56,451 nt of DNA, from NCBI GenBank assembly GCA_015523325.1, contig WAKO01000009.1, forward strand, positions 1 to 56,451, written 5' to 3'. The stretch comes from Candidatus Micrarchaeota archaeon. GTDB lineage: Archaea > Micrarchaeota > Micrarchaeia > Anstonellales > J096. The position numbers and the translations under genes were made by a program. The notes below the pieces were generated by a model. The model did not search any database. It was not told where the DNA came from and saw only the letters and a program-made list of their open reading frames with translations. Shown piece after piece: positions 47,874 to 56,451 of this stretch (the stretch's first letter is position 1; every line of letters starts with the position of its first letter).

Positions 47874-48617
47874 CTACTCCTCTTCTTTTCTAGGAGCTAA
47901 ATAATATTTGACCTCCGCCTTTCCTACAACATATTCAACCTTTAGAGGAATATCTGTTTCAAAAGAAAGCTTAACATATTCCCCTCTAGGAGAAGCCTTC
48001 AAGATATCCTCTAAGTATTGGATTGGATAATATGCTCTTGCCCCATCCTCAACATTTAATTCCAACACTTCTTCACTATCCTTCTCTATAACTTCATTAA
48101 CTTCCCCTCTTTCTGAAGAAGCTGAAACTTCAAATGAATCAGGAGTCACCACAAACCTTATATAGCTTGAGACCAAAGAAGCATCTTTTATCATCTCCTT
48201 TAAAACATCAGAGGATATTTTTAGGGAATTATGGTATTCTATTTTTGGCTCTCTGTTTATTCCTTCACTTAGATCTAGGAGGGGAATTTTAAAGTTCCTA
48301 AAATACTTTGTTGATTTAAATTTTATGTTTAAATATCCTTCATCTTTTTCTAAAGTTAAGGTTTCCTTTTCTTTAGCTCTCTTCATTATATTTTTTAGGT
48401 AATCTATATCTAAGCTTATTTTTGATTCCTCTTCTATTTCATATTCCATAAATTCGTCTTTTTTTAAGTTAAACACAACCATTGAAATTTGGCTTGGATC
48501 TATAGCTAATAAAGAGATTCCTTCTTTTTTGATTTTAAATGTCCCCTCATCCACTAAATTCCATACAGCTTCCAATGACTTTGAGAATTCCTTAGCTGAA
48601 GGATAGCTTAGCTTCAT
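47874..48617 (-). CDS. pcn: DNA polymerase sliding clamp PCNA
   Basis: LVDEGTF...GISLLAIDPSQISMV, F.EYE, L.FETDIPLKVEY, YYLAPR; GGTGA SD. Confidence 0.95.
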   Translation of the reverse strand: MKLSYPSAKEFSKSLEAVWNLVDEGTFKIKKEGISLLAIDPSQISMVVFNLKKDEFMEYEIEEESKISLDIDYLKNIMKRAKEKETLTLEKDEGYLNIKFKSTKYFRNFKIPLLDLSEGINREPKIEYHNSLKISSDVLKEMIKDASLVSSYIRFVVTPDSFEVSASSERGEVNEVIEKDSEEVLELNVEDGARAYYPIQYLEDILKASPRGEYVKLSFETDIPLKVEYVVGKAEVKYYLAPRKEEE

Positions 48618-48699
48618 TATTTCACCTTAATTTTAGCTTTAATTAGTTTTAAACTTTGGCTTTAATTAAATTAAACTAGGTTCTTTATAAAATAATTAT

Positions 48700-49227
48700 T
48701 CAGATATCTTTAAATAGTCTTTCAAGACTTCTAAACCTTTTTCTTCCCTCCCTAAGCAAAAACTCCATACACTCTTTTTTTGTTCCTCTTTTTCCTACCT
48801 CTTCATTCCAGCTGTAAACTATGTTTTTGTACTCTCTGAGCTCTATTTTAAATCTTTTCAGAACATTCTCTTCAATCCCTCTTATAATGAAGAGAGGTTT
48901 AATATAGCTTGGACATATACTTGTTTTTATTCTCCTTCTCTCTACAAAAGGATAAGCCCTACATATTGTTGGAGCAAATCTATAAATGCTGCATTTCTTT
49001 CCTTCTAAAAAAACACATGGTTGGCTTTTTAAAGTTAATATGAGGCTCCCTTCTTTGCATTCTAAAATGAAGTTGGGGTCTAGGTTTAGTAGGTTAGCTT
49101 TCCTTAGCTCGCAGAATTTATCCTCTTTTAGGCTTGTTTTCTCTTTTATCTTTATAACATCAAATATAGTTATTGTGATTACCCTTAACTTACAACACCT
49201 TGCATCACAGAGTTGACAGATATACAC
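48700..49227 (-). CDS. YkgJ family cysteine-cluster protein
   Basis: CQLCDARCC...CVFL...CSIY..AP.ICRAYPF. Confidence 0.88.
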   Translation of the reverse strand: MYICQLCDARCCKLRVITITIFDVIKIKEKTSLKEDKFCELRKANLLNLDPNFILECKEGSLILTLKSQPCVFLEGKKCSIYRFAPTICRAYPFVERRRIKTSICPSYIKPLFIIRGIEENVLKRFKIELREYKNIVYSWNEEVGKRGTKKECMEFLLREGRKRFRSLERLFKDI

Positions 49228-49301
49228 AAATACTTTCTCTAATTGTGTTTAAAAACTAATTGAATTCTCTTAAAATTCTGTTTAAGATAAAGGCGGAGTG
49301 T

Positions 49302-49907
49302 TTAGTAAAAGAAAGGAACTGGATTTAGGGAAAGTATAAGGGCTCCTAACACAGCTATTCCTATATTGTCTTCTATTTTATCACTTAGTTCAACCAGAGA
49401 GGATAAGATGACTAATAAAAGAAACGATTCAAGGCTAAGTGTTGAAAGGAAATATGCAGGAAGGGAAGAAATTATATAGAATAAAGTCCCTTCTAAAGTT
49501 TTTGTTCCAATAAATGTTTTTCCAAACATCTTCCCTCCTAGAGAAGCCATTGTATCTGAGAATATTATAAGCCAAGTAAACAACAAGAAGTGTTTTTCTA
49601 GTAGTATTGCTATTATTATAAAGGAAGAGATTAGAGTTAACATGCCCTCTGCAACAAATTCATTCTTTTTTCTTACTGAAAAAAACACTTTCTTTATAAT
49701 TCCTAATCTATCTAGCTTAAACGAATATCCTAACATTGTAGCTATGCTTAGTGTGAAGAGTATGGAGAGGTAGAGGTCTTTATTAACAAAATAAAATGCA
49801 ACAGCTAATCCTGTTCCTACAATTAGGTGTAGGACTTTCCTTAGCAAAAGGCCTTTTTTTAGCTTTTTTATTAAGTTTTTTGTGTTTTTGGACTTAGATG
49901 AGATCAT
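49302..49907 (-). CDS. CTP-dependent polyprenol/dolichol/phytol kinase family (SEC59/DGK1/VTE5)
   Basis: RKVLH, SDTMASLGGKMFGK, KTLEGT, E...DNI; multi-TM. Likely start MISSK at 49907 (track starts at 49946). Confidence 0.82.
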   Translation of the reverse strand: MISSKSKNTKNLIKKLKKGLLLRKVLHLIVGTGLAVAFYFVNKDLYLSILFTLSIATMLGYSFKLDRLGIIKKVFFSVRKKNEFVAEGMLTLISSFIIIAILLEKHFLLFTWLIIFSDTMASLGGKMFGKTFIGTKTLEGTLFYIISSLPAYFLSTLSLESFLLLVILSSLVELSDKIEDNIGIAVLGALILSLNPVPFFY

Positions 49908-50430
49908 TTTTCCACCACAAAGAAAAGTAAAATACACTAAATGCAAAACCCCCTATAATATCTTTAGGAAAGTGCACCCCTATAACTAATCTTCCTACTG
50001 AAATCAATAAGGCTAGAGCAACAAATAAAGCAAACAATTTCCTTTTTCTATAGAAGAAGAGGGCCACTACAAATGAAAGAAAGGCATGTCCACTTGGAAA
50101 TGCTGAGTTTTTTGGGCACTCAACTATATCATAATAACAAACCCTCTCTTCATAAAACAAAAACTTTAGCCCAATTGATGCAGCTATTGCAACTAGAAAA
50201 TAGAAGATAAAGACCAATCCTTCTTTAATTTTTCTTTTTCTCTCTAGTTCTTCTTTTTCAAACTTGTTTTTATTCTCTTTTTTGTATTTCTCTCCATATT
50301 TTGTTAGTGGTTGTTTTGAATAAGCTATTACTGCTAATGAAAAAAACAAGAGAGTGAAAACAAATAGAAAGTCATTGTTCATAGCTTTTGAGAATTCTAG
50401 GAGAAAAACCTCCCAAAAACTATTAAGCAT
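49894..50430 (-). CDS. PAP2 family lipid phosphate phosphatase
   Basis: C1 K.....ER, C2 FPSGH, C3 GRLVIGVHFPKD; multi-TM. Confidence 0.88.
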   Translation of the reverse strand: MLNSFWEVFLLEFSKAMNNDFLFVFTLLFFSLAVIAYSKQPLTKYGEKYKKENKNKFEKEELERKRKIKEGLVFIFYFLVAIAASIGLKFLFYEERVCYYDIVECPKNSAFPSGHAFLSFVVALFFYRKRKLFALFVALALLISVGRLVIGVHFPKDIIGGFAFSVFYFSLWWKNDLI

Positions 50431-52000
50431 AAGGGAGTATAATGTAGAAAAATATTATAATACTTACTAAGGCTAAGCTTGCAAAATAAATGAATGCTTT
50501 TTCTTGTTTTTCCTCAACTGAACAAATAAACCAACTCACAATAGCGGAGTTTATTATTAAATAGGAGACTACATAATTAGTGCTGTATAGCCCAATTTCT
50601 AAAACCTCTCCCATTCTATAAGCCATACTGTAAACATTTCCTATAACTAATCCCATTAACAACACTCCAACTATTAAAGTATATTTTTGGTTTGCTAGAG
50701 ATGAAACTCTCTCTCTTTTGTTTGATATATAAGAGAACATATCATCCGCCAATTCAGACATTCTAGTGGAAATTTTATTTTCAGTTTTTAAAGTGTGTAT
50801 AAAAACGTTCACCATCTTCTCCACTAAAGGGGAAGGAATTCTCTCTTTCATGCTTTCTAATGCTTTTTCTATGCTTAGGTTTGCTTTTACCTCTTTATAG
50901 ACTTTCTTAAACTCTTCACTAAGCTTTCCTAGCTTTGCTTGATATAACCTTCTAAAGATTTCTTCAACTCTGTAACCCTCAGGAATTGAGCTTATTACTA
51001 ACAAAGCATTTGGGATGTTTTTCTCAATCTCATCTAAATTTATTTTCTTTTTTCTCCAATATTTTATGTAGAACAACGCGCTTATTATTAATGAGATAAA
51101 TACTTTTACTATTAGTTCTAGGTTAGTTAGCATTACTGCTCCCAATACAATACCCAATAAAATTATGCTAAAATCCTCTTTTGATGAAAGAAAAAGGCTT
51201 GAAGGAAGGGTTGATTTAGAGACTAATAAGAGAGCAAAGGATATAGAAGGAAATAAAACTAATAGCATCAATGCAAACTGGCCTTCTCCTAAAGCGTTCC
51301 CTCCTGTAATTGGTTGGAGAATATTTACTATTATAAAGAAAGTAGGCCCTACAACAGAAAGCATTATGAATGCAAGAGAAAATAATGAGAGCTTTGATGA
51401 GTATTCCTTTAATGCATAGGTTTGGATATTTATCAATTCATTTCCAAACTCTCTCAATTGATTTCCTCTTCCAGTTTCATAAGCCTCTAGTAAATGAGTA
51501 AAAGCTCTCTTTATTATTATAGAATCCATTCTTGAGCTCGTATCCGCCAAAGCTTTTGTAATACTCCCTCCTACTTCTACATCTCTCAAAACCCTATAGA
51601 TTTCTTCTCTTGTTTCTTTTGTTTGCTTTGCAGCTAATTGAAGAGAACTTTTGAAGTCTATTCCTAAATTCATTAATGTTCCAACATCTTTTAGGAAGAG
51701 GGGAAGTTCCCCTTCTATAATCTTCTCTCTTTTCTTTTTTTCCAGTTTAGGGAGAAAGTAGAAGTAAATAAAAACAAGAAAGGCCAAGATTATGGAGATG
51801 GCAAATCCTTGAGTTAAGACATAGAAGAGAATGAGAGTTAATAAAAATATAAGTATTGAGAACCCCACCCATTTTCTTGCGCTTACATCTATTCCTAGAA
51901 ACAACAAATCTTTGTTTAATGGATAGAGCTCTAATGAAAAGGAAGGGATGTGTTTAGAGTATTTTTTAATTAATTTAGCTATTGCCTTAGCCAAGCTCAT
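50423..52000 (-). CDS. Two-domain type II secretion F platform protein (ArlJ/TadBC fusion-like), pilus locus 3
   Basis: Two T2SSF units (IEGELPLFLKDVGTLMNLG; IEKNIPNALLVISS) with TM bundles; follows the ATPase. Confidence 0.85.
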   Translation of the reverse strand: MSLAKAIAKLIKKYSKHIPSFSLELYPLNKDLLFLGIDVSARKWVGFSILIFLLTLILFYVLTQGFAISIILAFLVFIYFYFLPKLEKKKREKIIEGELPLFLKDVGTLMNLGIDFKSSLQLAAKQTKETREEIYRVLRDVEVGGSITKALADTSSRMDSIIIKRAFTHLLEAYETGRGNQLREFGNELINIQTYALKEYSSKLSLFSLAFIMLSVVGPTFFIIVNILQPITGGNALGEGQFALMLLVLFPSISFALLLVSKSTLPSSLFLSSKEDFSIILLGIVLGAVMLTNLELIVKVFISLIISALFYIKYWRKKKINLDEIEKNIPNALLVISSIPEGYRVEEIFRRLYQAKLGKLSEEFKKVYKEVKANLSIEKALESMKERIPSPLVEKMVNVFIHTLKTENKISTRMSELADDMFSYISNKRERVSSLANQKYTLIVGVLLMGLVIGNVYSMAYRMGEVLEIGLYSTNYVVSYLIINSAIVSWFICSVEEKQEKAFIYFASLALVSIIIFFYIILPYA

Positions 52001-52009
52001 TTACTCCCT

Positions 52010-53341
52010 CTAGTTTTCTTTCAACCATTTACTTTGCCATTCCTCAAAAAACCTCTTATAATCTCCTTCAAATTCCTTAAGGAATTTTACTCTATTCTTT
52101 ATTTCTTTTTCTATTTCTTTCTTTTCCTTTGCAAGCTTTAAGGCCAGTTTTTCTATAGCCTCTTTTTTATTTAAGCTCCACTTATCTTTTGAAAAATCAA
52201 AGCTAACAATCTGCTTTGGTTTTTGGTTCTCTACAAAACAAACTTCTGTTAATCTTCTAACCTCAATTATCCTCTTATCTTTATAGAGACCCATTCTTCT
52301 CTGCACTAGGATTAGGTCTATGCTGTTAACATCATAAGGGTTTATTCCAAAGCTTATCAACCTATTTATTGCTTCTCTTCCACTTTTAGCGTGGAATGTT
52401 GCATAAGCTCCTCTAGCTTGTCCCGCCAACATAACATCTGCAAATGCTTGAGTTTCCTCTTCATTCCTTATTTCTCCAACTATAACTCTATCAGGTCTCA
52501 TTCTCAATGAATCATACACTAAATCCTTTAGGCTAATTTCCATCTCTTTATTTGCTATTAACCTAACAACATGCTTATGCATCAACCTAATCTCAGGAGT
52601 TTCCTCTGTTATTAGGATTCTTTCCCTTTTTGGGACAAAATTAAATAAGCTGTTTAGTAGAGTTGTTTTACCACTTGATGTATTTCCACAAACAAGTATT
52701 GTTGTGTCGCTTTGCATAAAAAGAGAAAGAATAGCCATTATCTCTTCATTTATAGATTTACTCTCAAGTATGTCTTTAGGAGAAAGAGGGATTGCTTTAA
52801 ATTTCCTTATTGTTAGCTCACCTTCTGAAATAGGAGGAATGCTAGCATGTAATCTAGAGCCGTCCTTTAGTATTGCGTCGATTCTAGGGTTTTTTAGCGT
52901 TATTCTCCTTCCTATTGGAGAAGCCATCTTATTAATTAAATCTATTAGATATTCAAGAGTTGTGATGTAAAGGTTTGTTTCTTTCCAACCTTCTTTCCTT
53001 ATATAAACGTATACAGGTTTATTTATTCCGATTACGCTTATTTCCTCTATGTTTTCATCTTTTAATAAGTCCTCAAAAGCACTCAACCCATATATGTGTT
53101 TTAAGCTTAAATCAATTAAGTAATTTTTTTGTTCTCTTTCTAAAACATAACCTTCTTCTTCCTTTTCTTCTATTATGCTTTCAATAGCTTTTCTTATCTC
53201 CTCTATATCTTCAAATTCTTTTATTCTAGCCAAGTCTCTAAACTCTTTTTCTATGTGAACAATGAACTCTTGTTCCTCTTTACTAAGGATAGGTAATTTT
53301 ATCCTATACTCCCCTCCTTTTTCTAGCTTCCAACCCAACAT
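52010..53341 (-). CDS. Type IV pilus/Tad assembly ATPase (short), pilus locus 3
   Basis: Walker A GNTSSGKT, ITEETPE, SLRMRPDRVIVGEIR, TFHA. Confidence 0.92.
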   Translation of the reverse strand: MLGWKLEKGGEYRIKLPILSKEEQEFIVHIEKEFRDLARIKEFEDIEEIRKAIESIIEEKEEEGYVLEREQKNYLIDLSLKHIYGLSAFEDLLKDENIEEISVIGINKPVYVYIRKEGWKETNLYITTLEYLIDLINKMASPIGRRITLKNPRIDAILKDGSRLHASIPPISEGELTIRKFKAIPLSPKDILESKSINEEIMAILSLFMQSDTTILVCGNTSSGKTTLLNSLFNFVPKRERILITEETPEIRLMHKHVVRLIANKEMEISLKDLVYDSLRMRPDRVIVGEIRNEEETQAFADVMLAGQARGAYATFHAKSGREAINRLISFGINPYDVNSIDLILVQRRMGLYKDKRIIEVRRLTEVCFVENQKPKQIVSFDFSKDKWSLNKKEAIEKLALKLAKEKKEIEKEIKNRVKFLKEFEGDYKRFFEEWQSKWLKEN

Positions 53342-53390
53342 TGTTTTAGTTTTATGCTAAAAACTTTTATAAATTAAGTCTTAATTCTTC

Positions 53391-54221
53391 TTGATGAAGC
53401 AAGCTGGAAATAAAAGTAAAAATCGCAACCAAAAAAAGGGAAGGAAAAGAATTAAGGGCTATTTCTCATTTTTAATCGTGATATTGCTTCTCAACATAGT
53501 TGTTTACTCTATTCTTTTGTCTTCATTTAGCTTCTCCCATTATAAAACAATAGCTTCAAACAAGTTATTTTATAATACGTTGGACCTCTCAAAGAGTATT
53601 GAAGAATCAGCCAAAACAGGGGCTTTAGTTGGAATACTTATTTATTTGAAAAAAGCCTTGGAAAAGTCAATAGCAACTGAAACAAGCCTAACCCAAATAA
53701 TAGATCTCTCTAACTTAAATAAGGCTGGAGAGCTTGGAGCTTTTGAGTTTGTGGAACTTTTGGAAGAGGAAAAGCTTGGAGAGGAGTATGCTATATTTTG
53801 CTCTTCTCCAAACTCCTTTAGTGCTATTGATTTAGAGAGGTCAATGGTTAGAGATTTAACCTTAGAAATCCCTACTCGATCAAAACACTTCTCTTATGAG
53901 AATTGTATTAATTCTATAGAGGTTGAAGTTGGTTTTTCTTTAGAGGCTTTAACCAACTCTCCATTATCTTATGAAGGAATAGCCACTTCTATTGACTTTG
54001 TTACAATAAGCATATCTAAGAATTCTGAGTATGGTTTAATAGGGATTTCCTATCTTGATAAGGCTAATGGAATAGCTAGTGCGGAGGTTTTAAAACCCAG
54101 AACTTTTGAATTAGATTTACTTAAAGATATGGAAAAAGCCATTTTTGTTCTCTCCTCAACAGATCCTTTTATTAGGAATAAGCTAGATTCTCTTGAAAAT
54201 GAAATAAGCTCTTTAGTTTAG
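53391..54221 (+). CDS. Class III signal peptide-like protein divergent from pilus locus 3
   Basis: Basic leader ending RIKG|YFSFLIVILLLNIVV. Confidence 0.55.
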   Translation: MMKQAGNKSKNRNQKKGRKRIKGYFSFLIVILLLNIVVYSILLSSFSFSHYKTIASNKLFYNTLDLSKSIEESAKTGALVGILIYLKKALEKSIATETSLTQIIDLSNLNKAGELGAFEFVELLEEEKLGEEYAIFCSSPNSFSAIDLERSMVRDLTLEIPTRSKHFSYENCINSIEVEVGFSLEALTNSPLSYEGIATSIDFVTISISKNSEYGLIGISYLDKANGIASAEVLKPRTFELDLLKDMEKAIFVLSSTDPFIRNKLDSLENEISSLV

Positions 54222-54320
54222 TTGGTTTCACATAAAGATTTAAAAATGGTTAAATGAATTACTTGAAACACTAACTTTATAGCTTCGCAAAGCTTATGTT
54301 ATGTTTAGCTTTAAAGGAGG

Positions 54321-55304
54321 GTGATGATGAAGAATATTTATGTTATATTGCAAATACTACTTACAATAGCTGTAGCTATTGGAGTTTTTCTTATAGTTTC
54401 CCCCTATTTCAGCTTATTTAAAGGAGATAGCACATTAATAAAGTATTTGAAAAAAGCAGAAGAGTTTTATGCAAAAGATCTTTTAGTTAAGCATGATGAT
54501 TTTGTTATTATAGATGATCAGGAAAATAGTGCAGAGCTAGTTATAAATAAAAAGGGAGAAGACTTTAGCATAGAACTAATACAACCTATAAGAAGTATAG
54601 AGATTATAAAGAAAGGAAACAGAACTCAGACATGTTACTTCTTGTTTGAGGATTTTGCTTGTTCTGAGGGAGAGGAGGCTAAGTTATTTTTTAATGCTTT
54701 AAAGAGTTCGTTAACAGATTCTGAATGGGTTAGAAATTCATTTCTAGATAAATATAAGATGTTAGAGAAAAAGGGATTGCTTAAATATAAGGAAGAGGCT
54801 TCTAATGCCACTTTAGGAGAGTGTAGGCTTTTCAAGATAAATTACTCTTTAAAACAACTAACTTTGGAAGAACTAAACAGCATAAACATTCCCCCAGAAT
54901 CTCCACTTTCCTTTGCTGATAGTGTTTATGAGGAAATTTGTATTGATGAAGAAGGAAAAATACTGAAGTGGAAAAGAAGCCTAACTTTTCCTAAGGAAGT
55001 TTTAGGTTTTGAAGCAACTGAGTTTGGAGAGCCTGAGGAGATTAACCTCTACAATTTATCTAATGAGACTAAGTTTTCTGAATTAACATCAAAGGGTTCA
55101 AGGGTTTTAAGAGAGATTAGAGAATGTGAGAATGATGTTTGTTTAAGAGCTTTAGCAATAAATGAGAGGCTTCCTTATATTTGTGAGCTTGCTGAGAAAA
55201 AGGAGTTGTGCATAGATGCTTATATGGCAATACTTAATGATAGTTCTGCTTGTAAGCTTGCTTCAAAATATAATTTGAGTTATACTGTTTGTGAGGAGGT
55301 GTAG
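54321..55304 (+). CDS. Membrane-anchored extracellular protein, possible LolA/LppX-like fold with Cys-repeat tail
   Basis: N-terminal TM; beta-rich body ending EICIDEEGKILKW; C-terminal spaced cysteines; GGAGGGTG SD. Confidence 0.6.
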   Translation: MMMKNIYVILQILLTIAVAIGVFLIVSPYFSLFKGDSTLIKYLKKAEEFYAKDLLVKHDDFVIIDDQENSAELVINKKGEDFSIELIQPIRSIEIIKKGNRTQTCYFLFEDFACSEGEEAKLFFNALKSSLTDSEWVRNSFLDKYKMLEKKGLLKYKEEASNATLGECRLFKINYSLKQLTLEELNSINIPPESPLSFADSVYEEICIDEEGKILKWKRSLTFPKEVLGFEATEFGEPEEINLYNLSNETKFSELTSKGSRVLREIRECENDVCLRALAINERLPYICELAEKKELCIDAYMAILNDSSACKLASKYNLSYTVCEEV

Positions 55305-55306
55305 TT

Positions 55307-55837
55307 ATGAAGGATCTTTTTAAATCAATATCTAATGGAGAAGGAGCAATAACAAATGTAGTTGTTGAGATAGCTAGAGGAAGTAGGAATAAATATGAAT
55401 ACAATAAAGAGTTTGGCTCTTTTGTTCTTGACAGAGTTTTGCACTCTCCTTTCTTTTATCCTGTAGATTATGGTTTTGTTCCAAGAACTTGGTATGAGGA
55501 TGAAGATCCCTTAGATGCTATGATTTATGTTAGAGAACCAACATTTCCTGGATGTGTGGTAGAGGTTAGGGTTGTTGGGTTGTTAAGAATGAAGGATGAA
55601 AAGGGAGTGGATGATAAAATACTAGGAGTTCCTACAGGAGATCCCTTATTTAAAGAGGTGAAAGATATAACAGATTTACCTAGCTCTTTTTTGGAGGAGG
55701 TTGCTCACTTTTTTGAGAGGTATAAGGATTTAGAGAAAGGAAAGAGCTCACAAGTTATTGGCTGGTTTAATAAAGAGGAGGCATTGAATTGCCTTGAAAA
55801 AGCTAGAAAGCTTTATAAAGAGAGATTTGAAAAATAA
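55307..55837 (+). CDS. ppa: Inorganic pyrophosphatase (family I)
   Basis: VVEIARGSRNKYEY, YPVDYGFVPRT, DEDPLD, DEKGVDDK, HFFERYKDLE. Confidence 0.97.
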   Translation: MKDLFKSISNGEGAITNVVVEIARGSRNKYEYNKEFGSFVLDRVLHSPFFYPVDYGFVPRTWYEDEDPLDAMIYVREPTFPGCVVEVRVVGLLRMKDEKGVDDKILGVPTGDPLFKEVKDITDLPSSFLEEVAHFFERYKDLEKGKSSQVIGWFNKEEALNCLEKARKLYKERFEK

Positions 55838-55856
55838 TTTGTTTGGAGGAGATAAA

Positions 55857-56129
55857 ATGGCAAGGGTTTATGTGAAGAATGATGATAAATGGATAGAAGT
55901 AGATGATGGAGCAAAGCTTGATATATTGGATGGACAATGTTCTGTTTTATTTGCATGCAAAGATGGTGTTTGTGGAAGTTGTTTGGTAACTGTTTTAGAA
56001 GGAGCAGAGAATTTGGAGCCACCTACTGATGTTGAAAAAACAACTTTAGAAAGCCTAGGCGCTGAGCCAAACCAAAGATTGCTTTGTCAAGTTGTAATAA
56101 AAGGGGGAGAGATAAAAGTAGAACAATAA
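55857..56129 (+). CDS. fdx: 2Fe-2S ferredoxin
   Basis: FACKDGVCGSC...RLLCQ. Start MARVY at 55857 behind GGAGGAG (the track start at 55794 overlaps ppa). Confidence 0.92.
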   Translation: MARVYVKNDDKWIEVDDGAKLDILDGQCSVLFACKDGVCGSCLVTVLEGAENLEPPTDVEKTTLESLGAEPNQRLLCQVVIKGGEIKVEQ

Positions 56130-56168
56130 GAGCCAAGATTTAAATCAAATCTTATTTTTTACTCCTTT

Positions 56169-56450
56169 TCACTCCTTCTTTATTTTAGCAATAAAAAACC
56201 CTTCACTATTAAAATGAAAAGGATAAATCCTTGCTACTTTATTGAATTCCTTTCCATACTCCACCAATCCCCTATCATGCTTTACTCCTAAATCAAAACT
56301 AACTAGCTTTGCATTCTCTCTTTTCTCCAATAAAAATTTAACAACCTCTTCATTTTCCTCCTCAGTTATAGTGCAAGTAGAGTAAACCAATTCCCCTCCT
56401 TGCCTTAAAGAGTCAAAAGCACTCACTATCATCCTCTTTTGCACCCTTGA
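56169..56450 (-). CDS. RsmB/NOP2 RNA m5C methyltransferase, C-terminal part (5'-partial)
   Basis: GGELVYSTCT...ENEEVV, RIYP...SEGFFIAKIKK; the frame stays open to the window edge. Confidence 0.92.
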   Translation of the reverse strand, partial: SRVQKRMIVSAFDSLRQGGELVYSTCTITEEENEEVVKFLLEKRENAKLVSFDLGVKHDRGLVEYGKEFNKVARIYPFHFNSEGFFIAKIKKE

Positions 56451-56451
56451 G

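Noticed and set aside
48661-48675. TTTAATT-A-AATTAAA palindrome upstream of pcn
   Set aside because: All-AT dyad, expected by chance at this base composition.
9865-53341. Archaellum operon
   Set aside because: No archaellin or ArlF/ArlG genes, and the KaiC-like gene is not adjacent to any motor; the layouts are Tad/pilus-like.
55794-55856. Longer ferredoxin N-terminus from the ORF track
   Set aside because: It overlaps ppa; a strong SD precedes the ATG at 55857.
1289-56022. Roughly 45 short ORFs in the track nested in or antisense to confident genes (e.g. 8143-8376, 13592-13906, 20802-21137, 35170-35562, 37526-37819)
   Set aside because: They are shadow frames fully overlapping motif-supported genes, with F/L/S-rich composition typical of the antisense of K/E-rich coding DNA.

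Overview
An AT-rich, gene-dense archaeal chromosome segment. The proteome is K/E-rich, with RadA, thermosome, PCNA, deoxyhypusine synthase, Pth2 and archaeal-type GlyRS/PheRS. A KG|QTAMEYLMTYGWAI pilin and the compact layout suggest a DPANN archaeon, possibly Micrarchaeota-like and thermophilic (inference only). Bases 1-19 are an untrimmed Nextera/Tn5 adapter. About 54 genes are supported: housekeeping and metabolic genes (radA, korAB, thpR, dys, pcm, merA, thermosome, ROK kinase, pth2, class II HMG-CoA reductase, dcd, thyX, glyS, pepA, AK6, Hef helicase, pheT, IMPase, PCNA, ppa, 2Fe-2S ferredoxin), several membrane-anchored surface proteins, and three separate type IV pilus/Tad-like motor loci with at least four class III signal peptide proteins. 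I saw no tRNA, rRNA, CRISPR array, transposase or integrase. The best leads are: (1) a winged-helix module shared by pilus ATPase 1, a ~490-residue coiled-coil protein and a four-wHTH scaffold beside pilus locus 2, with a roadblock plus pseudo-KaiC pair nearby; (2) an identical 16-bp near-palindrome in inverted orientation at two divergent promoters bracketing a 1299-aa surface protein and Hef, one copy overlapping the start codon of an orphan Cas2/VapD-like gene; (3) a nuclease-less Hef ending in a canonical PIP box; (4) a DUF736-like minigene directly upstream of radA. All family calls are from motif recognition by eye; no database searches were run.
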